Shown in pieces: positions 1-12,962 of a DNA stretch of 64,000 nt. Source of the DNA: Mobula hypostoma (lineage: Eukaryota); assembly GCF_963921235.1 (NCBI RefSeq), contig NC_086107.1:93870001-93934000 (forward strand), given 5' to 3'. A model generated the notes under the pieces. The model searched no databases, was not told where the DNA came from, and saw only the letters and a program-made list of their open reading frames with translations. Position 1 is the stretch's first letter. The number at the start of each line of letters is the position of its first letter. The position numbers and the translations under genes are program-made.

Positions 1-265
1 GGGGGAAAAGTTTAAAGGGAACATTAGGGGGGGCTTCTTCACACAGAGAGTGGTGGGAGTATGGAATGAGCTGCCAGACGAGATGGTAAATGCGGGTTCT
101 TTTTTAACATTTAAGAATAAATTAGACAGATACATGGATGGGAGGTGTATGGAGGGATATGGTCCGTGTGCAGGTCAGTAGGACTAGGCAGAAAATGGTT
201 CGGCACAGCCAAGAAGGGCCAAAGGGCCTGTTTCTGTGCTGTAGTTTCTATGGTTCTATGGTTCT
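1..265 (+). mobile_element. CR1-clade LINE 3' end
   Basis: Typical CR1 3' sequence (ttcttcacacagagagtggtg...tggaatgagctgcca...) ending in a (TTCTATGG)n tail. Confidence 0.75.
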
Positions 266-479
266 GAGCCACCAGGGTATCCCTGCACACAATACAGCTG
301 TACGGCTTGATCGGCAGAGATGTCACTCACTCGGTGTGCCAGCCAGAGAAGTGCTGATTGGGTTGCAATTTTCAGGGGCACTAACCAATAAACCATTTCA
401 CCCTCCACTGAGATCATAGCTAATCTTCTGTCTTGATGACGTTTCCCCACTCTATCCCTCAGTTCCCAGAACGATATCC

Positions 480-765
480 TCGTGCTGCAACGCTGCTAGA
501 GGGCTGACTGTTAAATCGCAGTTCAATTCAGCCACCGTCAGTAAGGAGTTTGCACGTTCTGTTCATGACCGCGTGGGTTTCCTCCCACATTCCAAAGGCG
601 TATAGGTTAGGGTTAGTAAGTTGTGGGCATGCTATACAGGCGCCGGAAATGTGGCAACACTTGCGGCTGTCCAGAAGAAATCCACATTGAATTGATCTGA
701 TGCAAAATTATGCATTTCACTGTATGTTTTAACGTACATGTGACAAATAAAGCTAATTTTTCTTT
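480..765 (+). mobile_element. tRNA-headed V-SINE (HE1-like)
   Basis: V-domain (gagtttgcacgttct...gcgtgggtttcctcccacattccaaag) and tail gtacatgtgacaaataaagctaat. Other copies or fragments lie at about 4627-4900(-), 10650-10780(-), 11465-11640(-), 21300-21900(-, split), 24778-25000(+), 26420-26720(-), 26980-27210(-), 28680-28850(+), 46500-46770(-), 47270-47430(-), 48235-48545(-), 49600-49895(+), 54305-54640(+), 54900-55050(-), 58330-58480(-) and 63560-63835(-). Confidence 0.75.
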
Positions 766-878
766 TTATTCCAGAAGATTCAAAAATCACTCATGGTTTT
801 GAACTAATTTAAGAGAATTCCAAAGGTTTGTCACCGCGTGGATGAAGAAACCTGTCCTTCAGTCAGTCCAAAACAACT

Positions 879-1054
879 GACACACACACACACACACACC
901 TGGAGGAACTCGGCAGGTCAGGCAGTATCTATAAAGGAAAATAAGTTGTTGACAATTCGGGCCAAGACCCTTCATCAGGGCAATGAAAGGTTTCTGCCTC
1001 AGTCGTCAACTGTTCATTTCCCACTATACATGCTGCCGCCTGACCTGCTGAGTT

Positions 1055-1085
<31 letters not shown>
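879..1085. repeat. Fold-back Penelope-derived short element with expanded (CA)n/(GT)n ends
   Basis: Inverted arms (aactcggcaggtcaggcag...ctgcc..ctgacctgctgagtt) around gacccttcatcagg. (CA)n at 879-899 and (GT)n at 1054-1085. Confidence 0.7.
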
Positions 1086-3604
1086 AGATAACATGCATGA
1101 TAACAGTCTTTACCTCAAGGTAGGGGATTTAGGGTAAGAGAGGAAAGATTTAAAAAAGATCGGGGGGGGTAACTTCATGGGGATAATGATGAGTAAATGG
1201 ACAAGCTGCCAGATGAAGTGGTTGAAGCACTTGGATATATATGTGGATGGGAGGGATATGAACCAAATGCAGCAAATTGGATCTAGCTGGTCACCATGGG
1301 CTGGATGGGCCAAAAGACCTGTATCACTCTATGACTCGAGTAACATACTGTTTGCTGAGGTACAGAAGCCTGAAGACACACAAAACATGTTTTAGGAACA
1401 GCTTCTTCCCCTTTGCCATCAGGTTTCATGAACCCATTCATGCTACCTCACTCTTTGCACTGTTGATTATTGTAAATTATAGTCATTATTTATGTACCGC
1501 TGCCACAAAAGCACAAATTTCACGACATATGTCAGTGATATTCAGTTGCCAAGTCATCGGGCATATATAAGGCAGAGGTTGATAGGTTCGTAATTAGTAA
1601 GGACATCAAAGGTACAGGGAGAAGGCAGGAGAATGGGAATGAGAGGGATAATAAATAATCTGCCCAGCTCATGGACTATCTGTCCCACTCCCATCAGGGA
1701 GGAGGCTACACCAAGACCACCGCACTTTAAAACAGTTACTTCCCCCAAAGCTGAGGGGCTGATCAACACCTGCACCCATTAACCCACCACACAACTACTT
1801 TATCATTTCCAGTCAGAGTCACCTTATGTACAGATAATCCTGCAGCCAGCATCAGTTTATGTACATACAGTCCATGTATAAAAGCTAATCTTCTGTATTT
1901 ATATTTCTTGTGCTCCTTATGCTCATTGTGACATTTTTTCCTGCTGCATCATGTACTGGACAGTGCCAAATGAAAAGATCTTCAATCTTGAAATCAGCCA
2001 TGATGGAATGGCAGTAAAGGCTCAATGGGCCAAATGGCCTAATTCTGCTCTATGCTTTATGTTGGCTTTCAATGGCTTGTGTATGTGCACACATGGGTTC
2101 CTTATAGTTTCAACTTCAAACCCAACATTTAAAAATGACTAGTTTTTGAGTTTATCACTGAGCTTTGTCTGGAGTCCCTGCCACTAAAGCTCATTTCCAT
2201 TTGCATCAACTGCTCTCTCTCTACTCCCGTGACGGCTCTGTGACACCTTAGACTCTAAATGTCAAAAGAGTATGCACAAAGATAAGACCATAAGAGTTAG
2301 GAGCAGAATTAGGCCATTTGGCCCATCAAGTCTTCTCTGCCACTCGATCATGATTTATTTGCCCTCTCATCCCCATTCTCCCGGCTTCTCCCTGTAACCT
2401 TCAACACCCTTACTCATTAAGAACCTTAATTATACTCAATGACTTGCCTCCACAATTAATTCCACAGATTCGCCACCCCAGGCTAAAAAAAACCTCATCT
2501 CTGCTAATATGATGAATTGATACCGAGGCACTGGGCCTACTTCAGGGATTCTGAGCTAAGGACTCAATTTGGTTTGAAATGCTGTTGCTTGCTCCTATTG
2601 TTTGCATGATTTGTGTTCTTTTTTCTCTTACTCTGAACATTGGGGGTTGGTCTTTTTTTAAATTGGGTTCTTTCGAGTTTCTTACTTTTGTGGCTTCCTG
2701 TAAGCAGACAAGTATTAAGGTTGTATAATTTATACATTCTTTGAAAATAAATGTACCTTGAATCTTGAATCTTTGAATCTAAAGGGACATCCTTCTATTC
2801 TGAGGCTGTACCCTCTGTTCTTAGACTCCCCCACCATTGGAAACACCTCCATGTCCCACTCTATCTAGGCCTTTCAATATTCAGTAGGTTTCAATGAGAT
2901 CCTCCCTCCCCCTTATTCTTCTAAACACCATAGGGTACAGGCCCCAAAACCATCAAATGCTCCTCATGCATTAAACCTTTCATTCCTGGGTCACAGCGAT
3001 CTCTGTTCTCTTCTCAGCTGATGTTCATTGCCACAGTATTCTGCAGGGATGCCCAGATCTTCACAATCCGTTTTAGAGTTGGTGCAACCAACACCAGAAC
3101 TGGTGCCAGCCCAACAATACTGTCATGTAAACACGGCCTCAAGTTGAACTCTGATCCCAGAATTCAGAGAATTAGGCAGTACAGCCACTCTTTCCCTATT
3201 GCATGCAGATTAATTTTCCACAAACTTTATTTTTCCAAAGAATGTCCAATTATTTTTTTGAAAGTTACTACTGAAACTGTTCCCTTTTGGGGTCATGCTT
3301 TCCAAGCAAAATAGTTTGTTGTGCTAAAGGAAACTTCCTCTTCTCCCCTCGAGTTCTTTCCTAATTATCTTAAATCTGTCGCCTTCAGTTTTCACCCACT
3401 CAGTGGAAACAGTTTATTCTTAGTTACTCAAGAGCCAACATAATATTAAACACCCCAAACATTTCACCAATTCAATGCAACACACACAAAATGTGGGACG
3501 AACTCAGCAGGTCAGGTACCATCTATGGAGGGGAATAAACAGACCATGTTTCGAGCCGAGATCCTTCATCAGCATGAACATTGATTTCTCCTTCCCCCCT
3601 GTTT

Positions 3605-4409
3605 TTCTCGCCTGTTTTTAAAGCTCTTAATGATCTGGGACCAAGGGTACATAACAGAATTTGTTTCAATTTATAATCCTGCAAGAGCCCTCAGGTCTTC
3701 TCCGGCCGGTCTCTTAAATTTAACCAATCTCCTTCAAAAGATAACTGCCAGGTCAACTTTTTTGAACTACACTCCGAAACTGTGCAATTCAGTGCCTAAA
3801 ACTATAAGAGATGCACTCAGCTGACACTTCTAAACATCTCCTCAAAATCTATATTTAATCTTGCTTTTAACTGACATCGTTTTACTTCTATTTTCAAGCT
3901 TGCACTTCATCCCACTGTAAAGCGCTTTGAACTGCATGAAAAGTGTATCAAGCAGTAGTAAATCAAGGCACCTGGTCTTGCTGTGTTGTCTAGATGTTTT
4001 GCCACTCATCCAAGAGGCTTCTTCAGTCTAATCCATGGTGAGTGGTTTTCCAGTTTATAAACTCTGTGAGTTGTTTGCAATCCTAACATCTCGACCCGGG
4101 CATCTCCACAACAGTTCACACCTCCTTTCATGCAAAGATAAAACTAATGACCCTTTCATTACCTCCACGACTCTTCACAACCCTCATGTGATTGCTATAT
4201 CTTTAAACAACTCACAGAGTTTATAAGCTAGAACACTACCCAGCATGGATCAGAACCGAAGAAGCCTCTTGGATGAGTGATGAAATGTTTTCTAGATAAC
4301 ACAAGATCAGTTGCCTTCATTTACTACTGCTTGATATTCAATGATCTGGATGACTGAGAACCTTCACAGACGTGTATGAAAAGTGCTCTATAAGTTATTA
4401 TTATTATTA
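3605..4409 (+). mobile_element. L2-like LINE 3' end, interrupted by a Penelope element
   Basis: Decayed C-terminal reading (YNPARALRSS.AGLL...APKLWNS.P), then gtaaagcgctttga, then a (TTA)n tail at about 4394-4409. Confidence 0.6.
3946..4371. mobile_element. Penelope-like pseudo-LTR fold-back element (second family)
   Basis: About 130-bp inverted arms at 3946-4076 and 4205-4336, a 3' end gatgactgagaaccttcacagac, and a hammerhead-like C(T/C)GAAGA-agcctcttggatgag...-GAAA motif. Confidence 0.7.
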
Positions 4410-5469
4410 TGACACCTTCACATTATTTGTCCACCTGCATTGCATTTTTTCTATCACTGTAACACTGTCTACTGGATTCAGTTTCTCTTTTCCTGTTTGA
4501 TGTACTGATGTACTAATGATCTGTATAGATGGTATGCAGACAAAAGCTTTTCACTGTATCTCGGCACATTCAACAAAAAGACAACTACTGTTCTTTCCAT
4601 TCCTGAAGATAATACATGGATAGAGATTAGCTTTGTACTGCAAAACGTACAGTGAAATGCGTCATTGGTGTCACAACAAACACAGTCCGAGGATGTGCTG
4701 CACGCAGTCCACAAGTGCTGCCATGTTTCTGGAGCTATCCACAACTCACTCACCCTAACCTGCACAACTTTGGAAAGTGATAGGAAATCGGAGCACCTTG
4801 AAGAAGCCCACGTGGTCACGGGGACAGCGTACAGCAGAAGGAATTGAAACTGTATTGCTGGTGCTGTAATGGCATTATGCTAACTCACTAAGCTACTCTG
4901 CTGCCCCTTCATTTCATTTAAATCCACTGTTGAATAAAAAGATCATCAACCATTGAATTCTAGGAGGTGAGGAGAAATTAGTTAAACAAAGGCAGAGTCA
5001 GAGATCACACCATTTTCAGGAATCCTTACAGTCTCACTGTGTGCTTTAGCCACACAGCATCCTTTATATCTGACTTCAGTGGGAAAACCACTGAACTTCA
5101 GAGTTGGATAATTGTTGGGAGAACAGAAGGTAGAACAAAACAATAAATTTCACAACACATATGACATATGTGATAATAAACCTGATGGGACTAGAATACA
5201 AAAGCAAGGATGCAAGGCTGACACTCTTTTTAAAAGCACCAGTGAGGCCTCACTTAGAGTATTATGCACAGCTTTGGGCCCCTATTTAAGAAAGGATATG
5301 GTGACATTGGAAAGGGTTTGGAGGAGGTTCACGAGAATGATTCTGAGAAAGTAAGGCTTATCTCATGAGGAATGATTGATGGCTCTGGGCCTTTACTCGC
5401 TGAAATTTAGAAGAATGAGGGGGATCTCAATGAAACCTATTGAATGTTGAAAGCCCTAAAACCGAACCC

Positions 5470-8196
5470 AAGGAAAACCCTTGTAATGAATTAGATTCAA
5501 GATTTACCCAATGAGGGTTTAAAGATACGTCCAAATCTCGTAACCAAAATTTCAAATATCGAATATTAATTGCCCAGTAATAAAATCTGAAATTCGGGAG
5601 GGCGAGCCCCCACTCCTTTTTAGATTTCTGTAGGTACCTTTTACCTAAACCTAGGATTTTTATTCTGCCAAATATATGAGGAAATTTTTGAATCTACGTT
5701 ATCAAAAAAAGATTTTGGGATGAAAATTGGAACCGATTGGAATATATACAAAAATTTGGGCAAAATGATCATCTTAATAGCATTAATCCGACCAATCAAA
5801 GACAAAGAGATTGGCGACCATTTGGTAAATAAAAGTTTAATCTGATCAATTAAAGGTAAAAAATTAGCTTTAAATAAATCTTTATATTTTTTCGTAATTG
5901 TTATCCCTAAATATATAAATGAATTAGTAACCAATTTAAATGGTAAACATCCATAAGTAGGTACATGCTTATTTAAAGGGAATAATTCACTCTTATTAAG
6001 ATTCAATTTGTAACCAGACAAGTTACTAAATTGAGCTAACAGATCTAAGATAGCAGGAATTGACTTCTCCGGGTTAGAGATGTATAACAACAAATCATCT
6101 GCATATAATGATAATTTATGTATTTCGTTTCCACGGGTAATACCAACAATATTTGGCGAGTCATGAATAGCAATTGCTAAAGGTTCAAGAGCAATATTGA
6201 ATAGTAAAGGACTAAGAGGGCAACCTTGCCTAGTACCACGAAAAAGACGAAAAAAAGGAGATCTATAATTATTTGTACAAACCGAGGCTACCAGGGAGTA
6301 ATATAACAATTTAATCCAAGATATAAATGTCAAATTAAAATTAAATTTCTCAAGAACATTAAATAAATAAGGCCATTCAACTCTGTCAAAGGCTTTCTCA
6401 GCATCTAAAGAGATAATACATTCCGGGGTAGTAAATGAGGGGGTATAAACAATATTCATTAACCTCTTAATATTAAAGGATGAATAGCGATTTTTAATAA
6501 ATCCGGTTTGATCCATAGAAATAATTTGAGGTAACACCTTCTCCAAACTAGTTGCTAGAATTTTTGGAAAAATTTTAGAGTCTACATTCAGAAGAGATAT
6601 TGGTCTGTATGATGCACAATCAGTAGGATCTTTATTCTTTTTAAGAATTAAGGAAATAGAGGCTTCATAAAACGATTGTGGTTATTTACCTAAACTGATT
6701 GCTTCCTTGAATATTCTAGACAACTTAGAAGAAAGAATGGAGGAAAAAAATTTTTTAAATTCCACTGTAAACCCAGCCGGACCGGGTGCTTTACCGGAAT
6801 TCAATGATGAGATTGCAGTTATTATTTCTTCCTCTGAAATGGAAGTTTCTAATGATAGGGACTCTTCGGTTGATAATTTCGGAAAACTCAATTTACCTAA
6901 AAAATCATGCATGAAATTAGAATCATGAGGAAAATCAGAGTGATATAAAGAGGTATAAAATTCTTGAAAGGTTTGGTTTATCCCAACATGATCAACTGTG
7001 AAAGTATCATCCTGTTTGCGAATCTTTGTAATTTGACGTTTAACCGAATCAAATTTCAATTGGTTGGCCAGTAATTTACCTGATTTATCGCTATGAATAT
7101 AAAAATCACTTCTAGTTCTCATTAATTGATTTTCAATCAAGGATGTTAATAATAAGCTATGTTCCAATTGGAGTTCAACTCTGTGTTTGTACAGCTCCTT
7201 ACTGGGAGAAATAGCATATTTTTTATCAACTTCTTTAATTTTATCAACCAACAAAAGTATTTCATTGTTAACACGTCTTTTCAAACCGGTCGAATAGGAA
7301 ATAATCTGACCACGGATATAAGCTTTAAAGGCGTCCCAAACAGTTCCATTGGAAACTTCTTCCGTAGTATTAGTTGAAAAGAAGAAATCAATCTGTTCCT
7401 TTATAAATTTGACAAAGTCCTGATCTTAAAGCAAAATAGGGTTAAATCGCCATTGTCTGCTAGTACAAGAGGTGTCCATTAACTTGATGGAAAGTTTCAT
7501 TGGAGCATGATCTGAAATAACAATACTGTCATAATTACAATCAACTACATATGGAATCAAACGAGAGTCAATCAAGAAATAATCAATTCGGGAAAAAGAA
7601 TGATGAACATGTGAAAAAAAGGAGAATTCCTTATCATTTGGATGTAGAAATCTCCAAATTTCTGAAATCCCAGAATCCAACATAAAAGAGTTAATAATAG
7701 TAGCCGACTTATTCGGTAAAGCCGGACTACCTATGGATCTGTCCAGCATGGGATTCAAACATAAATTAAAATCACCGCCGATTATTAACATATACTCGTT
7801 TAAGTTAGGAAAGGAAGTGAATAAGTGTTTAAAAAATTCAGGATAATCCACATTCGGAGCGTAAACATTAACCATAGCGACCTTTTTATTAAAAAGTACC
7901 CCAGTAATTAACAGAAATCTGCCATTAGGATCGGAAATAATGTCTTGATGAATAAATGTAATTGAAGGATCAATAAAAATTGAAACGCCTTTAATTTTGG
8001 CTTGAGCATTTGAGTGGTATTGTTGTTCTTTCCAAAACTTAAAGAAACATTGATTGTCCTCTTTCCTTACATGAGTCTCTTGTGCAAAAATAATATGAGC
8101 ATTCAGTCTTTGGAACACTTTGAAAACCTTTTTCCGTTTTATTGGATGGTTTAAACAATTTGTATTCCAAGAGACAAAATTAATAGTATGAGCCAT
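5470..8196 (-). pseudogene. L1 ORF2 N-terminal part (APE endonuclease plus reverse transcriptase), disrupted
   Basis: EN motifs SWN, QETH, NVYAPN, GGDFN, SRIDY, SDH. RT motifs YRPISLLN, QTGF, SLDAEKAFDRVEW, GTRQGCPLSPLLF, LYADD. In-frame stops at about 7426 and 6682, and a stop/frameshift at about 5641. Confidence 0.93.
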
Positions 8197-8832
8197 AATT
8201 GAGAATTAACCCTTTGGTGAGTAAGGGGTTAACCATAATGTGAGCTCATGAAATCGGAAGAGGAATACATGATTAGAGAGTAACCGGAAATCTCGACACT
8301 GCGGACATCTTTGTAGTTCTGAATCAGCCCAATAGAAAAAATTAGAAAAGAAAAAGACTATCCCATCCCCCAACCCCAAGAACCCCGAACTAAGCCAAAG
8401 AAGGCTGAAGAAAGCTCTAACTAAAACTAATTCTAACCCCATTTCTGCAGGGGGCAACTCCAAAAATATGTGTTAAATAGGTGACCTCCCAGAGACTAAT
8501 ATATGTAAAAAATAACCAGTATAATAATTAGTCTACATAGTAAAAATTACTAAAATATATGAAATAAAAAAAACTTAGTCAATAAGTGTAATTAGTTATA
8601 GACGAGTAAATAAAAAATCGCTTCCAAAAGGAGAAAAAGGATTATGGGAAGAAGAAGCATAAAAACATGGCGTCCCGAAAAAAAAAGGTTATACAAAAAG
8701 AAAGACAAGTCGCCATTTTAATTATGCAAAAACCAAAAACAGGAAACATATAACTAAAAATGATCGTCGGATCAGATCATTAATGAAAACGAAAAAGGAA
8801 AAGTTAAAACAAAAGGTTAACTAAAGGTTAAC

Positions 8833-9864
8833 TTTTACTTCTTTTAAATTATATAAACAAACGAATAACCCAATAGTTAAGCATACTTTACGTATATGGT
8901 TTCAATTCCGAAGATTTTTTGGGTTTAATCGATTTATTCTAGCAAGTCCCATTATATCAAATTTTCTTTTTCAACCTTCCACGATGGATCAAGCTTGCTT
9001 TGATTGGAAAACCAAAGGTATAATATCTTTTCGCGATTTATTTTTGGATAATTGTTTTATGTCTTTTGATCAACTCTCTAATAAATATAATTTACCCAGA
9101 TCTCACTTTTTTAGATATTTACAGATTAGAAACTTTTTAATTACTGTTTCCCCTAATTTTCCACACCCATATCCAACGGACATTTTGGAAAAAAACTTAG
9201 ATTTAAATCTCTCTCAGAAAAGTGTAATAGCAATTATATATAATATAATTATGAATTTATGTCCTGATGCTTCTAATAAAATTAAAGCTGACTGGGAAAG
9301 AGAACTTGAGATTAATATACCGACTGAAAAATGGGAAAAAATTCTTCAGTTGGTGAATTCATCCTCTGTATGTGCTAAACATAGGTTGATACAGTTTAAA
9401 GTAGTGCACAGGCCTCATATGTCCAAAGATAAACTATCTCGTTATTACTCTTATATTAATCCTATATGTGACAGATGCCATTTCGAGATAGCTTCTTTAA
9501 CCCACATGTTTTGGTCATGTCCCTTGTTGGCGAAATATTGGAAAGATATTTTTGATACTATTTCAATGGTCCTAAACATAGACTTACAACCTCATCCAAT
9601 TACTGCTATCTTTGGACTACCAATGATAGACTTAAATAATTTAACCTCTTCATCACGAAGGATGATTGCATTTCTTACTTTAATGGCTAGAAGGTCCATT
9701 TTGTTGAATTGGAAAGAGATTAACCCTCCTAAGGTATTTCATTGGTTTTCACAAACCAATTGGTGTGTTTGAATTTGGAGAAAATTAGAAGTGCAGTTTA
9801 TGACCCTTCCATTAAGTTTGAAAAAACTTGGAGGCCATTCATTCAGCATTTTCATTTGATGTAA
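8833..9864 (+). pseudogene. L1 ORF2 C-terminal part (Cys-rich/zf-RVT region)
   Basis: LIQFKVVHR...CDRC...ASLTHMFWSCP...WKDIF. After a frameshift it continues LEKIRS...FEKTWRPFIQHFHLM*. Confidence 0.9.
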
Positions 9865-11399
9865 TTTGATCATTTCCAAACTTGTTTTATCTCTCTGTAC
9901 TGTTGTCGGAGGGGAATGGAGTCGTCGACACTAAGGTTTTCTTCTTTTCCATTCTTAAGTTGTTAGTTTTGCCCAAGTCTTTTAGTTTAGTTGATTAATT
10001 TTGTTTTTCTTTGGGGATGGGGTTTGTTTCTTTTTTGGTTTTGTTTTTTTTTCTTTTTCATGATTTTTTTTCAGATTTTTTTTTATTTGTATTATCCGTT
10101 GTCAGTTCTACATGATTGGGAGCTTTGTTAACTCACACTATTTGATTTCACAATTACTTTTCCTAAGTGTAACAATATATCTCCTACTATTTGTATTATT
10201 GCTATGTTTTGTTTCTATACTTCAAAATTAATAAAAAGATTGAAAAAGAAAAGGATGTTGAAAGCCCTAGATAAAATGGATGCGAAGGGGAAGTTTCCTA
10301 TGGTGGGGATGTCTAGGACCACAGGGCACAACCTCAGAATAGAGGGAAGTCCATTTAGAACAGAGATGAGGAGGAATTTCTTTAGCCAGGGGGTGGTGAA
10401 TCTGTGGAATTTGTTGCCACAGGTGGTTGTGGAGGCCAGATCATCAGGTGTATTTAAGGCAGTTGTTGATACGTTCTTGATTAGTCAGGGCTTGAAAGGT
10501 TATGGGAAGAAGGCAGGAGAATGAGATTGAAAGGAAAATGGATCAGTCATGTGAAATGGCAGGGCAGATTTGGCCTAATTCTGCTCCTATGTCTTGTGGT
10601 TTTGTGAATCATATTTTGGGATGAGAGGGAATGTGCATGGAAAATTTGGATTCAGACCCATTTATTTATCACCTGTACATGAAACATACAGTGAAAAGCC
10701 TTTTTTGCATTCACAACACAACCCAAGGATGTGCTGGGGGAACCACAATGTTGCCACACATCTTGGTGCCAACACACCACACCCACCATGCTCAGCAGGA
10801 AGGTGGCCTCAGCTCTGGTGCTAGTGGATACCGAGGACAGACAAGCTTGCTCAAACACAGCAACATCTTGTGCTATACCGCAGAGGTGCCCAGTTGCTGT
10901 GGAACAGGATCCTTACTACCTTTTAAAAGGTATTAAGTCACAGGGTAATTCAGCACAGAAATAGGCCATTCAGCCCATTTGGTCCATGCTGACCTTCTGC
11001 CTCATTCCATCAACCTGCATCCAGACCCTAGCCTCACCCGCTTGCCTATCCATACTTCTCTTAAGTGCTGCATTTGAAAGTGTATCTACCACACTTGGTT
11101 GTATTTCCAACCACAGTCCATCAGCACAAGACATGATCAAGGTCACCAGCAGCTCAAAGGGAATACTGTCAGCAAAGTCACTTCCTTAGGAAAATTAAGA
11201 CTTATGTCAGCTCTCCAAACGGTACTTTCCTTAGATGGCAAATTCTCTCTGCATCTGAGAACCATTCAGTCCAGTTCCAGGCAGATGGAAAGGATGAAAG
11301 CTTTTGTACCCCTAAAAGCAGGACACACGATCTGTCCAGTAATTGATAAGTATTTAGATGTGAACATCATTAGCAACCTGCCCTGATCCAACGAAACAG

Positions 11400-12275
11400 A
11401 TACTACAGCCAAGAAAGCTCACCAGGGGCCTCTACTTCCTCAAAAGGCTAAATATTGAAAATTCACTTTATGTATCACTTGAACATCAGAACATCGAAAT
11501 ATATAGTGGAATGTGTCATTTGTGTCAAAGGCCAACACAATTCAGAAATGTGCTGGGCTACAAGTGTTGTCACGCTTCTGGTGCCAAAATAACCTGCCAC
11601 AACTCACTAACCCTAAACTGCAAGTCTTTGGAATGTGCCAAGGCAATTTAAGAAAGGGCTAAGAAAATCCGTATGCCCCTGTAGACCCTCAGTAATATTT
11701 ATTACCGTGCGGTGGAGAGTATATTGATTGGCTGCATCAGGGCTTGCTATGAAAACACCAATGCCCTTGAACAGAAAATCCTACAAAAATATAGTAGATA
11801 CGGCCCAGTCCATCACAGGTAAAGCCCTCCACACTATTGAGCACATCTACATGGAGCACTGTCACAGGAAAGCAGCATCCATCATCAGGGACCCCCAGCA
11901 CCCAGGATATGCTCTCTTCTCACTGCTGCCATCAGGAAGGTGGTACAGGAGCCTCAGGACTCACACCTCCAGGTTCAGGAACAGTTATTACCCCTCAACC
12001 ATCTTCACTTGCCCCATCACTGAACTGTTCCCACAACCTACGGACTCACTTTTAAGGACTACTCATCTCATGTTTTCGATATTTATTGCTTATTTATTTA
12101 TTTTTCCTTTCTTTTTGAATTGGCATAGTTTGCACACTGGTTGTCTGCTCTGTTGGTGTGGTCTTTCACTGAGTCTATAATGGTAATTGGATTTACTGAG
12201 TATGCCCCTAAGTAAATGAACCTGAGGGTTGTATATGGTGACATATGTACTTTGATAATAAATTTACTTCAAACC
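11400..12275 (+). mobile_element. Rex1/Babar-clade LINE 3' fragment (V-SINE nested at ~11465-11640)
   Basis: ESIL.GCI...KAASIIRDPQHPGYALFSLLPSGRWYRSLRTHTSRFRNSYYP, with tail ctttgataataaatttact. Related pieces lie at about 16060-16480, 20130-20960, 25440-25800(-), 29740-30270, 36190-36990, 37280-38220, 41070-41400, 53225-53700, 55980-56680, 60530-61000 and 61370-61865(-). Confidence 0.75.
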
Positions 12276-12309
12276 TTGAAACGTAAATAGAGCAGCCAGA
12301 TCTTGGAGT

Positions 12310-12962
12310 CTGAGATCATAGCTCACTACACAGGTTGATCAGGTGGTTAAGAAGGCATATGGCATGCTTACCTTTATTCGTCAAAGCTCTGAGTTCTAGA
12401 GACTGGAAGTTGCGCTGTAGCTTTATAAAACTCCAGCTAGGCCACATCTGGAGTATTGCACACAGCTCTGGTATTCCCATTATAGGAACGATGTCGAGGT
12501 TTAGCAGGATGTTGCCTGGATTGGGGGCATGTGCTATAATGACAGGTTGGACAAACTTGGGTTCTTTTCTCTGGAGTGACAGTGGCTGAGGGGAGATCAA
12601 AAGAGGTGTATAAGAGGTATAGATAGAGTAGACAGACAGTATCATTTTCTCAGGGTTGAAATATCTAATGCCTGAGGACATGCATTTAAGGTGAGGGGGG
12701 TAATTTTAAAGGAGATGTTAGAGGCACTTCTTTTTTAATATACACAGTGGTGGGTGTGTGGAATGCGCTGGCTGGGGTGATGGTAGAGACAGATACATTA
12801 GGGATTCTTAAGAGATGTTTAGATAGGCACATGAATGTGAGGAAAATGGAAGAATGTGGATATTGTGTAAGTACAAGGGATTAGTTTAGTTGTCCATTTT
12901 TTTGGTTCGGCAGAACATTGTGGGCAGGAAGGCCTGTTCCTGTGCTGTACTGTTCCATGTTC
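12310..12962 (+). mobile_element. CR1 LINE 3' fragment
   Basis: Decayed CR1 ORF2 end (tataaaactc...ggccacatctggagtattg) and tail gggcctgttcctgtgctgtactgttccatgttct-like. Confidence 0.7.

Larger units (their letters stand above)
5459..10254. mobile_element. L1-clade LINE, 5'-truncated with 5' inversion (minus segment ~5459-8822; plus segment ~8833-10254)
   Basis: 15-bp TSD ATGTTGAAAGCCCTA at 5444-5458 and 10255-10269. EN and RT are on the minus strand; the C-terminal Cys-rich domain, 3'UTR and A-rich tail are on the plus strand. Confidence 0.92.
5186..10600 (+). mobile_element. CR1 LINE 3' fragment split by the L1 insertion (5186-5458 and 10255-10600)
   Basis: PYLRKDMVTLERVWRRFTRMI before the insertion and FRTEMRRNFFSQGVVNLWNLLPQ after it. 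The two halves are contiguous across the L1 TSD. Confidence 0.8.

Noticed and set aside
604..616. Telomere-like GGTTAGGGTTAG runs
   Set aside because: They are a fixed internal part of the V-SINE, not interstitial telomere.
3018..3127. Possible plus-strand exon of a neighbouring gene (ctctgttctcttctcag|...|gtaaac)
   Set aside because: The donor is weak, no frame gives a recognisable protein, and I found no partner exons.
8206..8463. ORF upstream of L1 ORF2 as a possible ORF1
   Set aside because: It lies in low-complexity inter-ORF spacer with no ORF1 features. ORF1 was lost by truncation.
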